Assembly (NCBI GenBank): GCA_965660445.1
Contig: CBFIAK010000001.1
Span: forward strand, 672,001 to 736,000
Source: Patescibacteria group bacterium
GTDB lineage: Bacteria; Patescibacteriota; Gracilibacteria; UBA4473
DNA: 64,000 bases
Reading direction: 5' to 3'
Under the pieces are notes generated by a model. It had not been told where the DNA came from and made no database searches. It worked only from the letters and a program-made list of their open reading frames with translations. The translations under genes were made by a program, and so were the position numbers. Below are positions 1 to 9,749 of the stretch, piece by piece; position 1 is the stretch's first letter, and each line of letters opens with the position of its first letter.

Positions 1-1869
1 CACGAGTTCTCCTGGTTGTAACTGTAGCAAATTTACAATAGGGGTTCCTTTGGCTGTTCGAGACGCTTCAGGAATCTCATACATATGCAACTTAAATACA
101 CGACCTTTATTCGTGAAAAATAATAAGTTGTTATGATTTGTTCCAAACGATGATTCAACAATAATATCCTCATCTTTTGTTGTTGCCCCTACAACACCAA
201 CACCACCTCGTTTTTGAGCTCTAAAAAGAGAAGGGTTCATTCGTTTTACATAATTCTTCTCGGTCAAAACAACAAGCATTTCTTCATCAGGAATAGTATC
301 CATCGCATTAAATTTCCCTAATGCGTTCGGATGAATTTTTGTTCGTCGTGCATCACCAAACTTTTCTTTTGCATCACGAAGTTCTTGTTCAATAATATCA
401 GATTGTTTTTCTCGACTCGCAAGAATACCCTCGAGTTCCCCAATAAGACGTAATTTTTCAGCAAGTTCGTCTTCTATTTTTTGACGTTCAAGTCCTGCTA
501 GTGTTTGTAACCGCATTTCTAAAATAGCTTTTGCTTGTAACTCAGTAAGAGAAAACTTCTCTTGTAATGACACACTCGCAATTTCTTTGGTTTCAGATTT
601 CTTAATAGTCTCAATCACTTCATCAATATGATCTAAAGCAATCTTTAATCCTTCTAAAATATGAGCTCGAGCTTGTGCAATACGTAAATCATACTCAGCT
701 CGTCGTCGTACAACTTCAAATCGATGATCAAGAAAATACCCAATAACTTCACTTAAATTTAATAATCGAGGATGAATACCATCAACTAAGGCAATCATGT
801 TTAAGTTATAACTCTTCTGCAATAATGTGTACTTAAACAATTTATTGAGTGTTTTTTGTGGATATGCATCTCGTTTTAATTCGATAACAATACGCATACC
901 TTCTCGGTTTGACTCATCCCTTAAATCAGAAATACCATCTATTTTTTTATCTCGCACTAAATCAGCAATTTTGATAATTAAATCAGCTTTGTTTACCTGA
1001 TAGGGGATTTCCGTAACAATGATAGCATTTCTCCCAGCTTTAAATTCTTCAATATGTGTTTTTGAACGCATCATAACCCCACCACGACCAGTACGATACA
1101 TTTCTTGGATAATCCCTCCGTCATAGATTTCAGCACCAGTTGGAAAATCAGGCCCTTTAATAAATTTTAATAAGTCATCAATTGTACAGTCAGGGTTTTT
1201 TAATTGGTGCACACAGGCATCAATTACTTCATTTAAATTGTGAGGAGGAATATTTGTTGCCATTCCAACCGCTATTCCCATTGTACCATTTAAAAGGAGT
1301 TGAGGAATAACACTCGGTAATACCATTGGTTCACTCGCTGTTCCGTCATAATTTGGACGGAAATTGACGGTTTCTTTTTCGATATCAGAAAGCATAAGTT
1401 CCGTTATTTTTTCCATTTTTGCTTCCGTATACCGCATTGCAGCCGGATTATCTCCATCAATTGAACCATAGTTCCCTTGACCGTTTACTAATGGATAACG
1501 CAAACTAAAATCTTGCGCCATACGCACCATCGACATATAAACCGCACTATCTCCATGTGGATGATATTTTCCAAGCACAGCCCCCACTACATTTGCTGAT
1601 TTTCTATATTTTGCTGTAGATCTCAGCCCATTTTCATGCATAGCATATAAGATTCGGCGGTGTACGGGTTTGAGTCCATCACGTACGTCTGGCAAGGCTC
1701 GAGAAACAATAACCGACATTGCATAGGCAATATAAGATTCTTCCATGTCATCAGAAATGTCACGCAGATGAATTTGTGCGTTTTCTGGAATATCGAGTGG
1801 TTGAAGTGGAGAAGAAGCCTCTTCGTTTTTTTCTTCATTTGGATCAACGGGATTGGGTGTTTCAGTCAT
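1..1869 (-). CDS. gyrA: DNA gyrase subunit A (partial, runs off left edge)
   Basis: Not in ORF track; hand translation from ATG at 1869 gives [43 protein letters not shown] (catalytic Tyr) and GyrA-box-like QKRGGVG near 195-215. Confidence 0.97.
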   Translation of the reverse strand, partial: MTETPNPVDPNEEKNEEASSPLQPLDIPENAQIHLRDISDDMEESYIAYAMSVIVSRALPDVRDGLKPVHRRILYAMHENGLRSTAKYRKSANVVGAVLGKYHPHGDSAVYMSMVRMAQDFSLRYPLVNGQGNYGSIDGDNPAAMRYTEAKMEKITELMLSDIEKETVNFRPNYDGTASEPMVLPSVIPQLLLNGTMGIAVGMATNIPPHNLNEVIDACVHQLKNPDCTIDDLLKFIKGPDFPTGAEIYDGGIIQEMYRTGRGGVMMRSKTHIEEFKAGRNAIIVTEIPYQVNKADLIIKIADLVRDKKIDGISDLRDESNREGMRIVIELKRDAYPQKTLNKLFKYTLLQKSYNLNMIALVDGIHPRLLNLSEVIGYFLDHRFEVVRRRAEYDLRIAQARAHILEGLKIALDHIDEVIETIKKSETKEIASVSLQEKFSLTELQAKAILEMRLQTLAGLERQKIEDELAEKLRLIGELEGILASREKQSDIIEQELRDAKEKFGDARRTKIHPNALGKFNAMDTIPDEEMLVVLTEKNYVKRMNPSLFRAQKRGGVGVVGATTKDEDIIVESSFGTNHNNLLFFTNKGRVFKLHMYEIPEASRTAKGTPIVNLLQLQPGELV

Positions 1870-1952
1870 ACTAAAAAAAACATATAGAACGCATCTATTG
1901 TAGGTTAAAAAAACAAGAAATCAATGGAAAAACTACTTTTTCAAGAAAACTA

Positions 1953-3329
1953 TTATTGTGCAAACATGCGATCTCTTTTTTCATCAAGGAGCTCTCCTAA
2001 ATCAGGAGGAAGAACTTCAGAAAGCATGCGTAAGAATCGTTGTGATTCTTCATTTTTTGGGAGTTTTGAAACTTCTTGATTCATAACTGAAACTTGATCA
2101 ATACGAAGTGGTTCATTGAGTATCTTTCGTAAGAAAACAATGACATATTTTCTCTGAAGAATGTTTTTATGATCATCATTGTTTGCATGTTGAAACACTC
2201 GTTCAAGTGTTACAAATCGGTCAAAGCTTTGGAATCCTGTGTCAGGTGTTCTGAAAGCAAGATTCTTTTTATTGTCTTTGGTTATTACAAATAATGATTG
2301 AAGTGCTTGAGCCTCCTCTAAGAAAGATTTTGGTACTGATTTTCGTTCCATTTCGTTGATAACGTCTTGAAAAGAAAATGTTTCCCAATGGAATCTTTTT
2401 TTGGATTCCATATCTCGAGAAGAGTATAAAATATTAAGTACAGAGAAAAATGTTTTTTGAGCAGAAATAAGATCTTTTTCTGATTGTACTTCATTGTCAG
2501 CTATTATTCGTTCGATAGCGTTAATGAGTTTTGTTCGTGTGATAATGAGTTTTGCTTGTATAGAATTCAATTGGAGTGTTGAAAGACTCAGATTATCAGG
2601 AATTTCTCTTCGGGTAAGAAGCGTATCTGTGCGAAGACTTATTTTTTCTCCTGGGCGAATTGTTGTTTCACCGTTTTTCCAATCAAAGACATTAATATTG
2701 TTTTGAGAAGAGATGACTTCCATTTCACCTGTTTCAGAAATAGAAATAGTGAATACCGAATTTGGCGATGAAGCTACAAATCCTCGAGTTGAAGAAAACT
2801 GATGATTGTCATAACTTTCACTCAAAATCATTCCTTTTTCGATGAAAATTTCATCATGGTTAATTATCTTTAGTTGTGTGTTCTCTTTAATAACAGACTC
2901 AAATTGGTTGGGGAATATGATTGCGGCTTCGGCATTGTGTCCAATATGTAGAATATCACCCTCTTGTAAAAGCACATCCTCGGTAAGGAGGAGTGTTTGG
3001 TTTCCTCGAATAAGGCTTACTGCTCCGTTCTTAGGTGATACGTATCCAGCAAGTGTTTCTGTTCCAAACAAAGGAAGTAATAAAAACCCTAAAAAAAACA
3101 GTCCAAACGAAAAAGCAAGTTTAAATTGTGGTGATTGTAATGAAATGAGTTGTCGAAATGAGTGCCACAACGATATATTTTGTTGTGTGTAGCGGTCTTG
3201 ATATGCATATAATGCCTTGCGTCGAATAGATTCCTTTGTTTCAAATGAAGGGGTGAAGAATTCAGAATTGCGAAACGATCGAAACGTTTTTACAATAAAT
3301 CGTTTGAAATGATCATGATTCATACCCAT
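1953..3329 (-). CDS. FecR-like domain membrane protein (anti-sigma-like architecture)
   Basis: Short cytoplasmic N-terminus, one TM helix (LAFSFGLFFLGFLLLPLF), beta-rich segment LQEGDILHIGHNAEAAIIF...IKENTQLKI typical of FecR, helical C-terminus. Confidence 0.55.
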   Translation of the reverse strand: MGMNHDHFKRFIVKTFRSFRNSEFFTPSFETKESIRRKALYAYQDRYTQQNISLWHSFRQLISLQSPQFKLAFSFGLFFLGFLLLPLFGTETLAGYVSPKNGAVSLIRGNQTLLLTEDVLLQEGDILHIGHNAEAAIIFPNQFESVIKENTQLKIINHDEIFIEKGMILSESYDNHQFSSTRGFVASSPNSVFTISISETGEMEVISSQNNINVFDWKNGETTIRPGEKISLRTDTLLTRREIPDNLSLSTLQLNSIQAKLIITRTKLINAIERIIADNEVQSEKDLISAQKTFFSVLNILYSSRDMESKKRFHWETFSFQDVINEMERKSVPKSFLEEAQALQSLFVITKDNKKNLAFRTPDTGFQSFDRFVTLERVFQHANNDDHKNILQRKYVIVFLRKILNEPLRIDQVSVMNQEVSKLPKNEESQRFLRMLSEVLPPDLGELLDEKRDRMFAQ

Positions 3330-3397
3330 AAGAAAGAGAAATAAGACATACTCACTTTTTATAACGAATAAGAAGAGAAAGTGTTACAAAAGTATTC

Positions 3398-4018
3398 TTA
3401 TTTTTCAAATTCGATATCTTCAATAACAACAGATGTCATTGGTTTGTCCTGTGCATCTGTTGGCGTTTGAGCAATAGCATCAACAACATCCATACCATGA
3501 ACGACTTGTCCAAAAATAGAATACCCACCATCTAAGAATAGAGAATCTTCATGAACAATAAAAAACTGAGATCCATTGGTGTTTGGTCCTCTGTTTGCCA
3601 TTGAAACCATGCCACGAGTATGAGACAGTGTTGGGTCGATTTCGTCTTCTAAGTATCCTCCTGTATGGCTATGCCCCCCAGTTCCATTGAAGTTTTGAAA
3701 ATCTCCACCTTGAATCATAAACCCTTCAATGACTCGATGAAAAATAGTATTGTCATAAAGGTCTCGTTGAGCAAGAACATCAAAATTATAAGCAATCTCT
3801 GGTGCTTTGTTGTGAAAAAGCTCAATAACAATGTCGCCTTGAGATGTGCGAAGTGTTGCATATTGATGCCGTTTAAATTCTTTTTCTGAATCTTCGATAG
3901 TATTTTCTGTTGATTGTGTTTCAGTTTCAAAAATATTAGCCGATAAATCGCTATTATCTTGATTGCTGCATCCTGAAAGTACAAATAAAGAAACGAAAGT
4001 CAGAAGAAAAAATTTCAT
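3398..4018 (-). CDS. Cyclophilin-type peptidyl-prolyl isomerase, lipoprotein
   Basis: Lipobox LSGC; FHRVIEGFMIQGGD, SMANRGPNTNGSQFFI, YSIFGQVVHGMDVVD. Confidence 0.95.
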   Translation of the reverse strand: MKFFLLTFVSLFVLSGCSNQDNSDLSANIFETETQSTENTIEDSEKEFKRHQYATLRTSQGDIVIELFHNKAPEIAYNFDVLAQRDLYDNTIFHRVIEGFMIQGGDFQNFNGTGGHSHTGGYLEDEIDPTLSHTRGMVSMANRGPNTNGSQFFIVHEDSLFLDGGYSIFGQVVHGMDVVDAIAQTPTDAQDKPMTSVVIEDIEFEK

Positions 4019-4169
4019 GAGTATAAGAGAGAAATATAAGTGCTTGTAGTCTATAAAAGACGATTAAAAAATCAAGTTTCTTCTTTGTTTTATGAAACGA
4101 ATTCTTGATATTCAGGAGAATATGCTTTACTATTTTTATCGATTTTTATTTCTCAAATCTCTATTCTTC

Positions 4170-5135
4170 ATGAGAGTTTTAACTGGTATGCAATCAAGCG
4201 GTATTCCTCATATTGGAAATTATTTCGGAATGATTCGTCCGGCACTTGCTTTCCAAGATGATCCTCAAAATGAGTGTTTTTATTTTATAGCTGATTTACA
4301 TGCGTTTACGTCTCATCCTCGTGCAGAAGATTTTAAGCGATATCGTTCAGAAGTTATTCTCGATTGGCTTGCATTAGGTCTTGATCCCGATCGCTCTATT
4401 TTTTATATGCAATCTCAAATTCCACAACACACAGAATTATTGTGGTATTTGTTATGTCAAACCCCACTTGGAATGCTCGAAAGAGCTCATTCTTTTAAAG
4501 ACAAAAAAGCTCGAGGTCTTGATGCAAATGCAGGGTTGTTTACTTATCCTGTTTTAATGGCTGCTGATATATTATTGTATGATGCCGATATGATTCCTGT
4601 TGGAAAAGATCAAAAACAACATGTGGAAATGGCCCGTGATATAGCTCAAAAATTTAATAACAAAGCTCCTAATACGTTTGTATTACCAGAACCATTTATC
4701 CCAGAAGAAACCGGTATTGTTCTTGGTACAGATGGTCAAAAGATGTCAAAAAGTTATGGAAATACAATTTCTATTTTTGAAGATGAGAAAATACTCCGAA
4801 AAAAAATAATGGGTCTTCCTACTGATTCTGTTCCATTGGGACAACCAATTGATCCAGATACATGTGCTGTGTTTCAATTTCATGCTTTATTTAAAAACCC
4901 CCAGATTGATGTATTGCGTCAACAATACAAAGAGGGGAGTATTGGATTTGGAGAATCGAAAAAACAATTATTTGCTTATGTGTGGGACTTTTTTCAATCA
5001 GCACGATTGAAAAGAGAAACTCTCAAAAAAGATCCCGAATATATAGAAAATATTATTTATAAAGGAGGACAAAAAGCACAAGAAAGAGCAGAGAAAAAAA
5101 TACAACAAGTGAGACGCGTCATGGGAGTATTATAA
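4170..5135 (+). CDS. trpS: Tryptophan--tRNA ligase
   Basis: MRVLTGMQSSG..HIGNY, TYPVLMAADILLY, VGKDQKQHVE, KMSKS; start moved to ATG 4170. Confidence 0.97.
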   Translation: MRVLTGMQSSGIPHIGNYFGMIRPALAFQDDPQNECFYFIADLHAFTSHPRAEDFKRYRSEVILDWLALGLDPDRSIFYMQSQIPQHTELLWYLLCQTPLGMLERAHSFKDKKARGLDANAGLFTYPVLMAADILLYDADMIPVGKDQKQHVEMARDIAQKFNNKAPNTFVLPEPFIPEETGIVLGTDGQKMSKSYGNTISIFEDEKILRKKIMGLPTDSVPLGQPIDPDTCAVFQFHALFKNPQIDVLRQQYKEGSIGFGESKKQLFAYVWDFFQSARLKRETLKKDPEYIENIIYKGGQKAQERAEKKIQQVRRVMGVL

Positions 5136-5226
5136 AGAATACTCTTTCTCCTGTTGTCGAGGGGAAATAATTGAATTTTTCCACCTTTTTTCTAGAGTAA
5201 AAATAGTTATCCTTAATTTTTTCCAC

Positions 5227-6033
5227 ATGAATACTTATTTTGGTAAAACGCTTATTATAGCGAGTTTATTTCTTGTACCTTCTTTTGCAAATGCACAGAT
5301 GGCAAATCCTGCCAGTATTATGAATATAATGATGCCTCTTTTATCAGGTGAGTCATCAGAAGAGAGTATGAAGAATTTCGAAGAACAAATGGGCGATCCT
5401 GCAAATGCTATGAGAATGATACAAGAAGCATTTAATATTCCTGATAGTCAGATGCCTATGGAAATGCAAAGCACAGATCCCGCAACAGAAGAAGTTTTAG
5501 AAGAAGAATCAACTCTTATTGAAGAGGAAGAAGACATGCTTAATGAACAAGAAGATCGTATAAAAGAAGCTCGTGCAAAACTACAAGCAAGAAAATCAAG
5601 ATTACAAGCACTTCGTGCTGAATGGGCAAATTTATCACCAGAAGAACGAAAAGAAAAGTTAGCGGCACTTCGTGAACACCGACAAGAAAAAAGAGAAGAA
5701 CGAAAAGAAGTTCGAACTGAACGACGGGAAGAACGGCAAGATCAAATGACACAAATGCGTGAAACATGGCAAGCATCTGATGAAACAGAGAGATCTATGA
5801 TGAGAGAAGATGCACGAGAAAAAGTATCAAAAAGAGCCATGAGTGTTGCCGAACGTTTGCGTTCTCGAATGGGACGTTTGCAAAATGTATCTGAGAGAGC
5901 ATCTGAAAACGAGTTAGAACGAGTATCAAATACTCTTTCTCGAAATGCAGATCGAGTTGAAAGTCGTGCATCAGCTTATTCTCAACGATTATCAAATCTT
6001 CGTGAACGGTATAAAGTAGCTCCAACTCGATAA
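5227..6033 (+). CDS. Secreted Met-rich / Glu-Arg-rich coiled-coil hypothetical protein
   Basis: Signal peptide ending ANA; long E/R/K helical region (EERKEKLAALREHRQEKREERKE). Confidence 0.7.
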   Translation: MNTYFGKTLIIASLFLVPSFANAQMANPASIMNIMMPLLSGESSEESMKNFEEQMGDPANAMRMIQEAFNIPDSQMPMEMQSTDPATEEVLEEESTLIEEEEDMLNEQEDRIKEARAKLQARKSRLQALRAEWANLSPEERKEKLAALREHRQEKREERKEVRTERREERQDQMTQMRETWQASDETERSMMREDAREKVSKRAMSVAERLRSRMGRLQNVSERASENELERVSNTLSRNADRVESRASAYSQRLSNLRERYKVAPTR

Positions 6034-6058
6034 GAATTAGTTATTTATATCTACGATT

Positions 6059-6098
6059 AAAAAAAGAGCCTTATCAGATTTTCTGGATAAGGCTCTTT
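6059..6098 (-). terminator. Intrinsic terminator (U-tract on minus strand, possibly bidirectional)
   Basis: AAAGAGCCTTATC...GATAAGGCTCTTT inverted repeat with A7 run at 6059-6065. Confidence 0.75.
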
Positions 6099-6206
6099 GT
6101 GATTGAGAAGATATGATTTTTTCTGGGGGGACAAATCCATACCTCCATCAAACTTCAAGCATAAGGAGCTATCATGTTTACACGGCATGTAGCATACAAA
6201 AATAGC
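6061..6206 (-). ncRNA. Candidate small RNA between a sigma70-like promoter and a terminator
   Basis: Minus-strand TTGACA-16-TACTAT at 6240-6213, about 145 nt with two predicted hairpins, then terminator; no ORF of 60 aa or more. Confidence 0.35.
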
Positions 6207-6236
6207 GATATGATAGTAGAAAGAAAAAAAATATTG

Positions 6237-6683
6237 TCAATTTTTTTCTTGTTGGTCAAAATAAAATTCTAAGATTCGTGCGGCGGCGAGATCATCAATT
6301 CGTTTTTTTTGTGATCCAGAGATAAGAGTTCCTTTTGATGAGAATCGTTCGTTGACGTAGTGCGTTTCAATCAATGAGCTATAGGGAGAAAAAACTCGAC
6401 GTATTTCAGCACAAAGTTCGTTTTCAGAGTTGTCTTTATTGAGAGGGATACCAATAATAAGTTGTTTTGGAGTGTATTTTTGTAAGTATTGAGTGATTGT
6501 TTTGTGTAAGTCTTGTGTTGGAAAAACCCCTAAAGGAAGTATACATACTCCATCTGGAGAATAGGCAAAACCACAATGAATAGTTCCATAATCACAACTC
6601 AGTAGTGGAAAGGGAATATTTTTATAGACTTGTTCATTCTGAAGTTCAAGGTTTCGGAGGTGTTGGCGAATATCTTTTTTCAT
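6237..6683 (-). CDS. yqgF: YqgF/RuvX family pre-16S rRNA nuclease
   Basis: SCDYGTIHCGFAYS, IIGIPL, VNERFSS, IDDLAAARILE; ATG 6683 overlaps upstream TGA (ATGA). Confidence 0.88.
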   Translation of the reverse strand: MKKDIRQHLRNLELQNEQVYKNIPFPLLSCDYGTIHCGFAYSPDGVCILPLGVFPTQDLHKTITQYLQKYTPKQLIIGIPLNKDNSENELCAEIRRVFSPYSSLIETHYVNERFSSKGTLISGSQKKRIDDLAAARILEFYFDQQEKN

Positions 6684-8416
6684 GAAAGAGGAATTCCAAA
6701 AAACCAACGTATAAAAGATCCAAATCGAGAATTTTGAGAAGGCAAATCCCAGTCCTGATCTACATAGAAATACCAATCAGAAACACCTAGGTATCGATGA
6801 GCGTGTTTTCGAAGTTTTGTATGAAAGCGATCATTAAATCCTTGTAGTTGTGATGAAACAAGTAAATGATGTGTTGGTCGAGCGAGTATTAAAGCTGGAT
6901 CAAGTCTCAGGAGTCGGTCGTGTAGGTTTATAAGATCTGTTTGTGATCCTGTTTCAATAACTTCTTGTATAAGAAAATCTATAGATTCATTTGTAAGGTT
7001 TGAAAGGTTGTAAAGTCCACTTTGTGAAGAATGCCATGATGAAAGCGTGTTTGGGTTCTCTGAATAATTTTGTCCATAGAAAACAATGTCATAATCTCTT
7101 TCACTGAGTGCTTTTTGGAACTCTTGAGGAGAAAGAATATGGAGGTCAATATTAATATTGAGTTCTCGTTCCCAAGTTTGTTCGGCTACTTGTGCAAATC
7201 GAGAATAAACAGGTGGGTTTGTAGAAGTGATGAGTTTAAGCGTGAGTGGGGTTTTGCTCACATTTCCAACACGACGTCCTCTTTGTGGATCATAAGGATA
7301 TCCAGCTTCAGTGAGTATGTTTCGTGCATCATTAAAAAATACACCACTTCGTGTGTAAGGAGTAGGAAGAAAAAAGAAATACGAATGAAATGGTGTCCAA
7401 TTTGGTTCTTTTGCAAGAATCGTTTGAACATCAAACGAGAAATCAAGAGCTCTTCTAATACTGATATTTCCCGGAATAGGTCGGTCAAGGTTAAAGAAAA
7501 AACCGGTAAATTGTGGAATTTGGTATGTATAGTGTTGGTATATTTTGTTTTCTGATACTCTTTCGTTAAGGGTATTGTGCAGTGCGTCTCGATATTGAAA
7601 TGGAATATGAGAATACATATGAGTTGTTACTGATGATGATTGCAAATCTTCAAATGTTGGATAAACATAGAGTACAATCTGATCAATGTAAGGAATTTTT
7701 TTATAGTAGTGTTTGTTTTTCGTAAGAAAAACACGAATACTCCCATCATTATTAGGAACAATATTGTTCAGTTGGTACGGTCCGGCTCCAATAGGGGATT
7801 TATTGAAACTAAATGTAGGATCTGTGATTTGTTCAATAAATGCATTTTCAAAATAAGCAGAAGGGACAATAGGGGTCGTGAGAAATGCTGGAAAATAAAA
7901 GTTTGGTTCAATAAGTCGAAACTCAATTGTTTTTTCATCAATTACTTCTAGTCGAGTGTATTGAAACGCTTCAAAGAGAACTTCGTTACTAAAGTGTGGA
8001 TTTTGAATAATAGATTCAAAAGTAAACACAACATCTTTTGTTGTGACTGGTTTTCCATCCTGGAATCGTGCGTTTTCTTTAATCGTAAACTCATAGGTTG
8101 TTTCATTTTTCACTTGCATATGAGCGAGCCCGTCAATGATCGTGTCTTTTGTGGAGTCATATCTCAATAATCCTTCAAAAATAAGCTTATGGAGATCCTT
8201 GTCGAGTAATGTGTGTTCTCGGGAGAAAGGACTTAAATTTTCAATCGTCCCAATTGTAGATTCTGTTAAAATACCTCCTTCTTGTGGTTTTAGTTTGGAG
8301 TATTCGTCAAAGAAACGATTATAAGACTGAATCATTACACCACACAACACAAGGAAGCTCAAGAGTCCTAATGTAAAAAGCGTTTTCTTTTTTTGTATAG
8401 AGGGTTTAGCTCTCAT
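6680..8416 (-). CDS. ABC transporter substrate-binding protein, family 5 (OppA/DppA-like)
   Basis: N-terminal TM, LIFEGLLRYD, ARFQDGKPVTTKDVVFTF, PIGAGPYQL. Confidence 0.9.
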   Translation of the reverse strand: MRAKPSIQKKKTLFTLGLLSFLVLCGVMIQSYNRFFDEYSKLKPQEGGILTESTIGTIENLSPFSREHTLLDKDLHKLIFEGLLRYDSTKDTIIDGLAHMQVKNETTYEFTIKENARFQDGKPVTTKDVVFTFESIIQNPHFSNEVLFEAFQYTRLEVIDEKTIEFRLIEPNFYFPAFLTTPIVPSAYFENAFIEQITDPTFSFNKSPIGAGPYQLNNIVPNNDGSIRVFLTKNKHYYKKIPYIDQIVLYVYPTFEDLQSSSVTTHMYSHIPFQYRDALHNTLNERVSENKIYQHYTYQIPQFTGFFFNLDRPIPGNISIRRALDFSFDVQTILAKEPNWTPFHSYFFFLPTPYTRSGVFFNDARNILTEAGYPYDPQRGRRVGNVSKTPLTLKLITSTNPPVYSRFAQVAEQTWERELNINIDLHILSPQEFQKALSERDYDIVFYGQNYSENPNTLSSWHSSQSGLYNLSNLTNESIDFLIQEVIETGSQTDLINLHDRLLRLDPALILARPTHHLLVSSQLQGFNDRFHTKLRKHAHRYLGVSDWYFYVDQDWDLPSQNSRFGSFIRWFFGIPLS

Positions 8417-8635
8417 TTATTCGGTTATAGAAACCATATAATAAAAAGTGCCAACTAAGAACAAAAAAGCTAAAACAACAGTGAATGTGTGAAGAAATTG
8501 TTCTGCACCTCGACGCGTTTTAACAATATCTTCATCGCTGTCTGCCCCCATCATAGATCCAAGGCTTGAGTTTTTCTGTTGCATAAGTACGACAGTGATA
8601 AATAAAAATGCGGTAATCAGAATAAAAGTTTTCAT
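8417..8635 (-). CDS. secG: Preprotein translocase subunit SecG
   Basis: 72 aa, two TM, VLMQQKNSSLG...KTRRGAEQFLHTFT. Confidence 0.88.
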   Translation of the reverse strand: MKTFILITAFLFITVVLMQQKNSSLGSMMGADSDEDIVKTRRGAEQFLHTFTVVLAFLFLVGTFYYMVSITE

Positions 8636-8718
8636 ATCAAGAGTAAAAAATCAGTAGGGATTGTATCACTATTTATCTATGAGACAAGTTTTTTTAAGAA
8701 AATATTTTTTTTGAACCG

Positions 8719-9102
8719 TTATCGAGAATAAAAGAATTGAAATACTAAATGCGTAAGTGCAAATAAGAATCCACTGAGTATGTAAATCCAAAATCCATTG
8801 ATAATGAGTGATACTGAAAAAAAATCGAGTTTTAACAAAACAAATTCAAGAATCCAGAGAAGAAAACCATTTATAAAAAACTGAATCATACCAAGGGTAA
8901 TAATTCGTATAGGAAGAAGTATTATTTGAAAAACAGGTTTAATAAATATCTGAATAAGACTTAAAAAAAGAGCTGATATTCCATACCCAATCCATCCTCC
9001 AGTTACTATAAAATGCGACCCAAAAAGAATAGTATCACTTACATAAAGCATACCGCAGTTTAAAAGAATAAAAATAAAAAAATGTTCAATAATACGAATC
9101 AT
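8719..9102 (-). CDS. YvlD / 4-TM 'phage holin family' membrane protein
   Basis: IKPVFQIILLPIRIITLGMIQFFINGFLLW matches the YvlD-family core. Confidence 0.8.
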   Translation of the reverse strand: MIRIIEHFFIFILLNCGMLYVSDTILFGSHFIVTGGWIGYGISALFLSLIQIFIKPVFQIILLPIRIITLGMIQFFINGFLLWILEFVLLKLDFFSVSLIINGFWIYILSGFLFALTHLVFQFFYSR

Positions 9103-9104
9103 GG

Positions 9105-9689
9105 TTAGGGGTTAAGACATTCTGCTTCACAATCAGCAAGTGATGAAAATGGGCTTGCTATTCCACACGCTCGTATAGAACGTTCTTCACATCCTCCATT
9201 TCGAAATTCATAGGCTGTGTGTAAACTATTACACAATCCCACAATATCTGTCTTCGCTTCACATTTATTTGATTGAGAAAAAGAAACTTCAGGGGTGCAC
9301 AATCCTTCGTTGAGTATATCAGCTCCATGCCGTTTTGCATGACAAGCGTTCAAATACCCGTTTTTTCTGTCATTCTTGTATCCACAAACGGGTTCTTTTT
9401 CATCTGTACAAGAAAGTGTTGTATCAACCACAGATAAAGTACAAATTCCAAACTGCAGAGCATTGTTTTCTTCAGTCACGCATTCATATCCTTGGTCGCA
9501 AAGAATGTTTTCAGGGCCTCCACACATTTCATTTTCTTGTGCCGTTTGTATGGGTGTTGTGGTAACCGTATCGGTTTGAGTCGCTTGTGTGTCCGGTGAT
9601 TTCGGTGATTGGCACGCGAGAAGTATTATGCTAAAAAGAAAAACAAGTATATATCGGGTACGGCGTGTTTTGTGAAAAGCTGTGTTCAT
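9105..9689 (-). CDS. Cys-rich lipoprotein with Kazal-like and Kunitz/BPTI-like modules
   Basis: Lipobox LLAC; CTDEKEPVCG..YLNACHA..GLC (Kazal-like); six-Cys C-terminus ending PFSSLADCEAEC (Kunitz-like). Confidence 0.7.
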   Translation of the reverse strand: MNTAFHKTRRTRYILVFLFSIILLACQSPKSPDTQATQTDTVTTTPIQTAQENEMCGGPENILCDQGYECVTEENNALQFGICTLSVVDTTLSCTDEKEPVCGYKNDRKNGYLNACHAKRHGADILNEGLCTPEVSFSQSNKCEAKTDIVGLCNSLHTAYEFRNGGCEERSIRACGIASPFSSLADCEAECLNP

Positions 9690-9749
9690 TTATATTGTAT
9701 GGTTGTAAATAAAAATCCTTAATTATACTACAATAAAACAAAAAAAGGT

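Noticed and set aside
7070-8324. Several 60-160 aa ORFs overlapping the OppA-like gene, and similar short overlapping ORFs across the window
   Set aside because: They lie within well-supported genes and show no motifs or initiation signals
8719-9102. 'Phage holin' as evidence of a prophage
   Set aside because: YvlD-family proteins are ordinary chromosomal membrane proteins; no endolysin, capsid, terminase or integrase nearby
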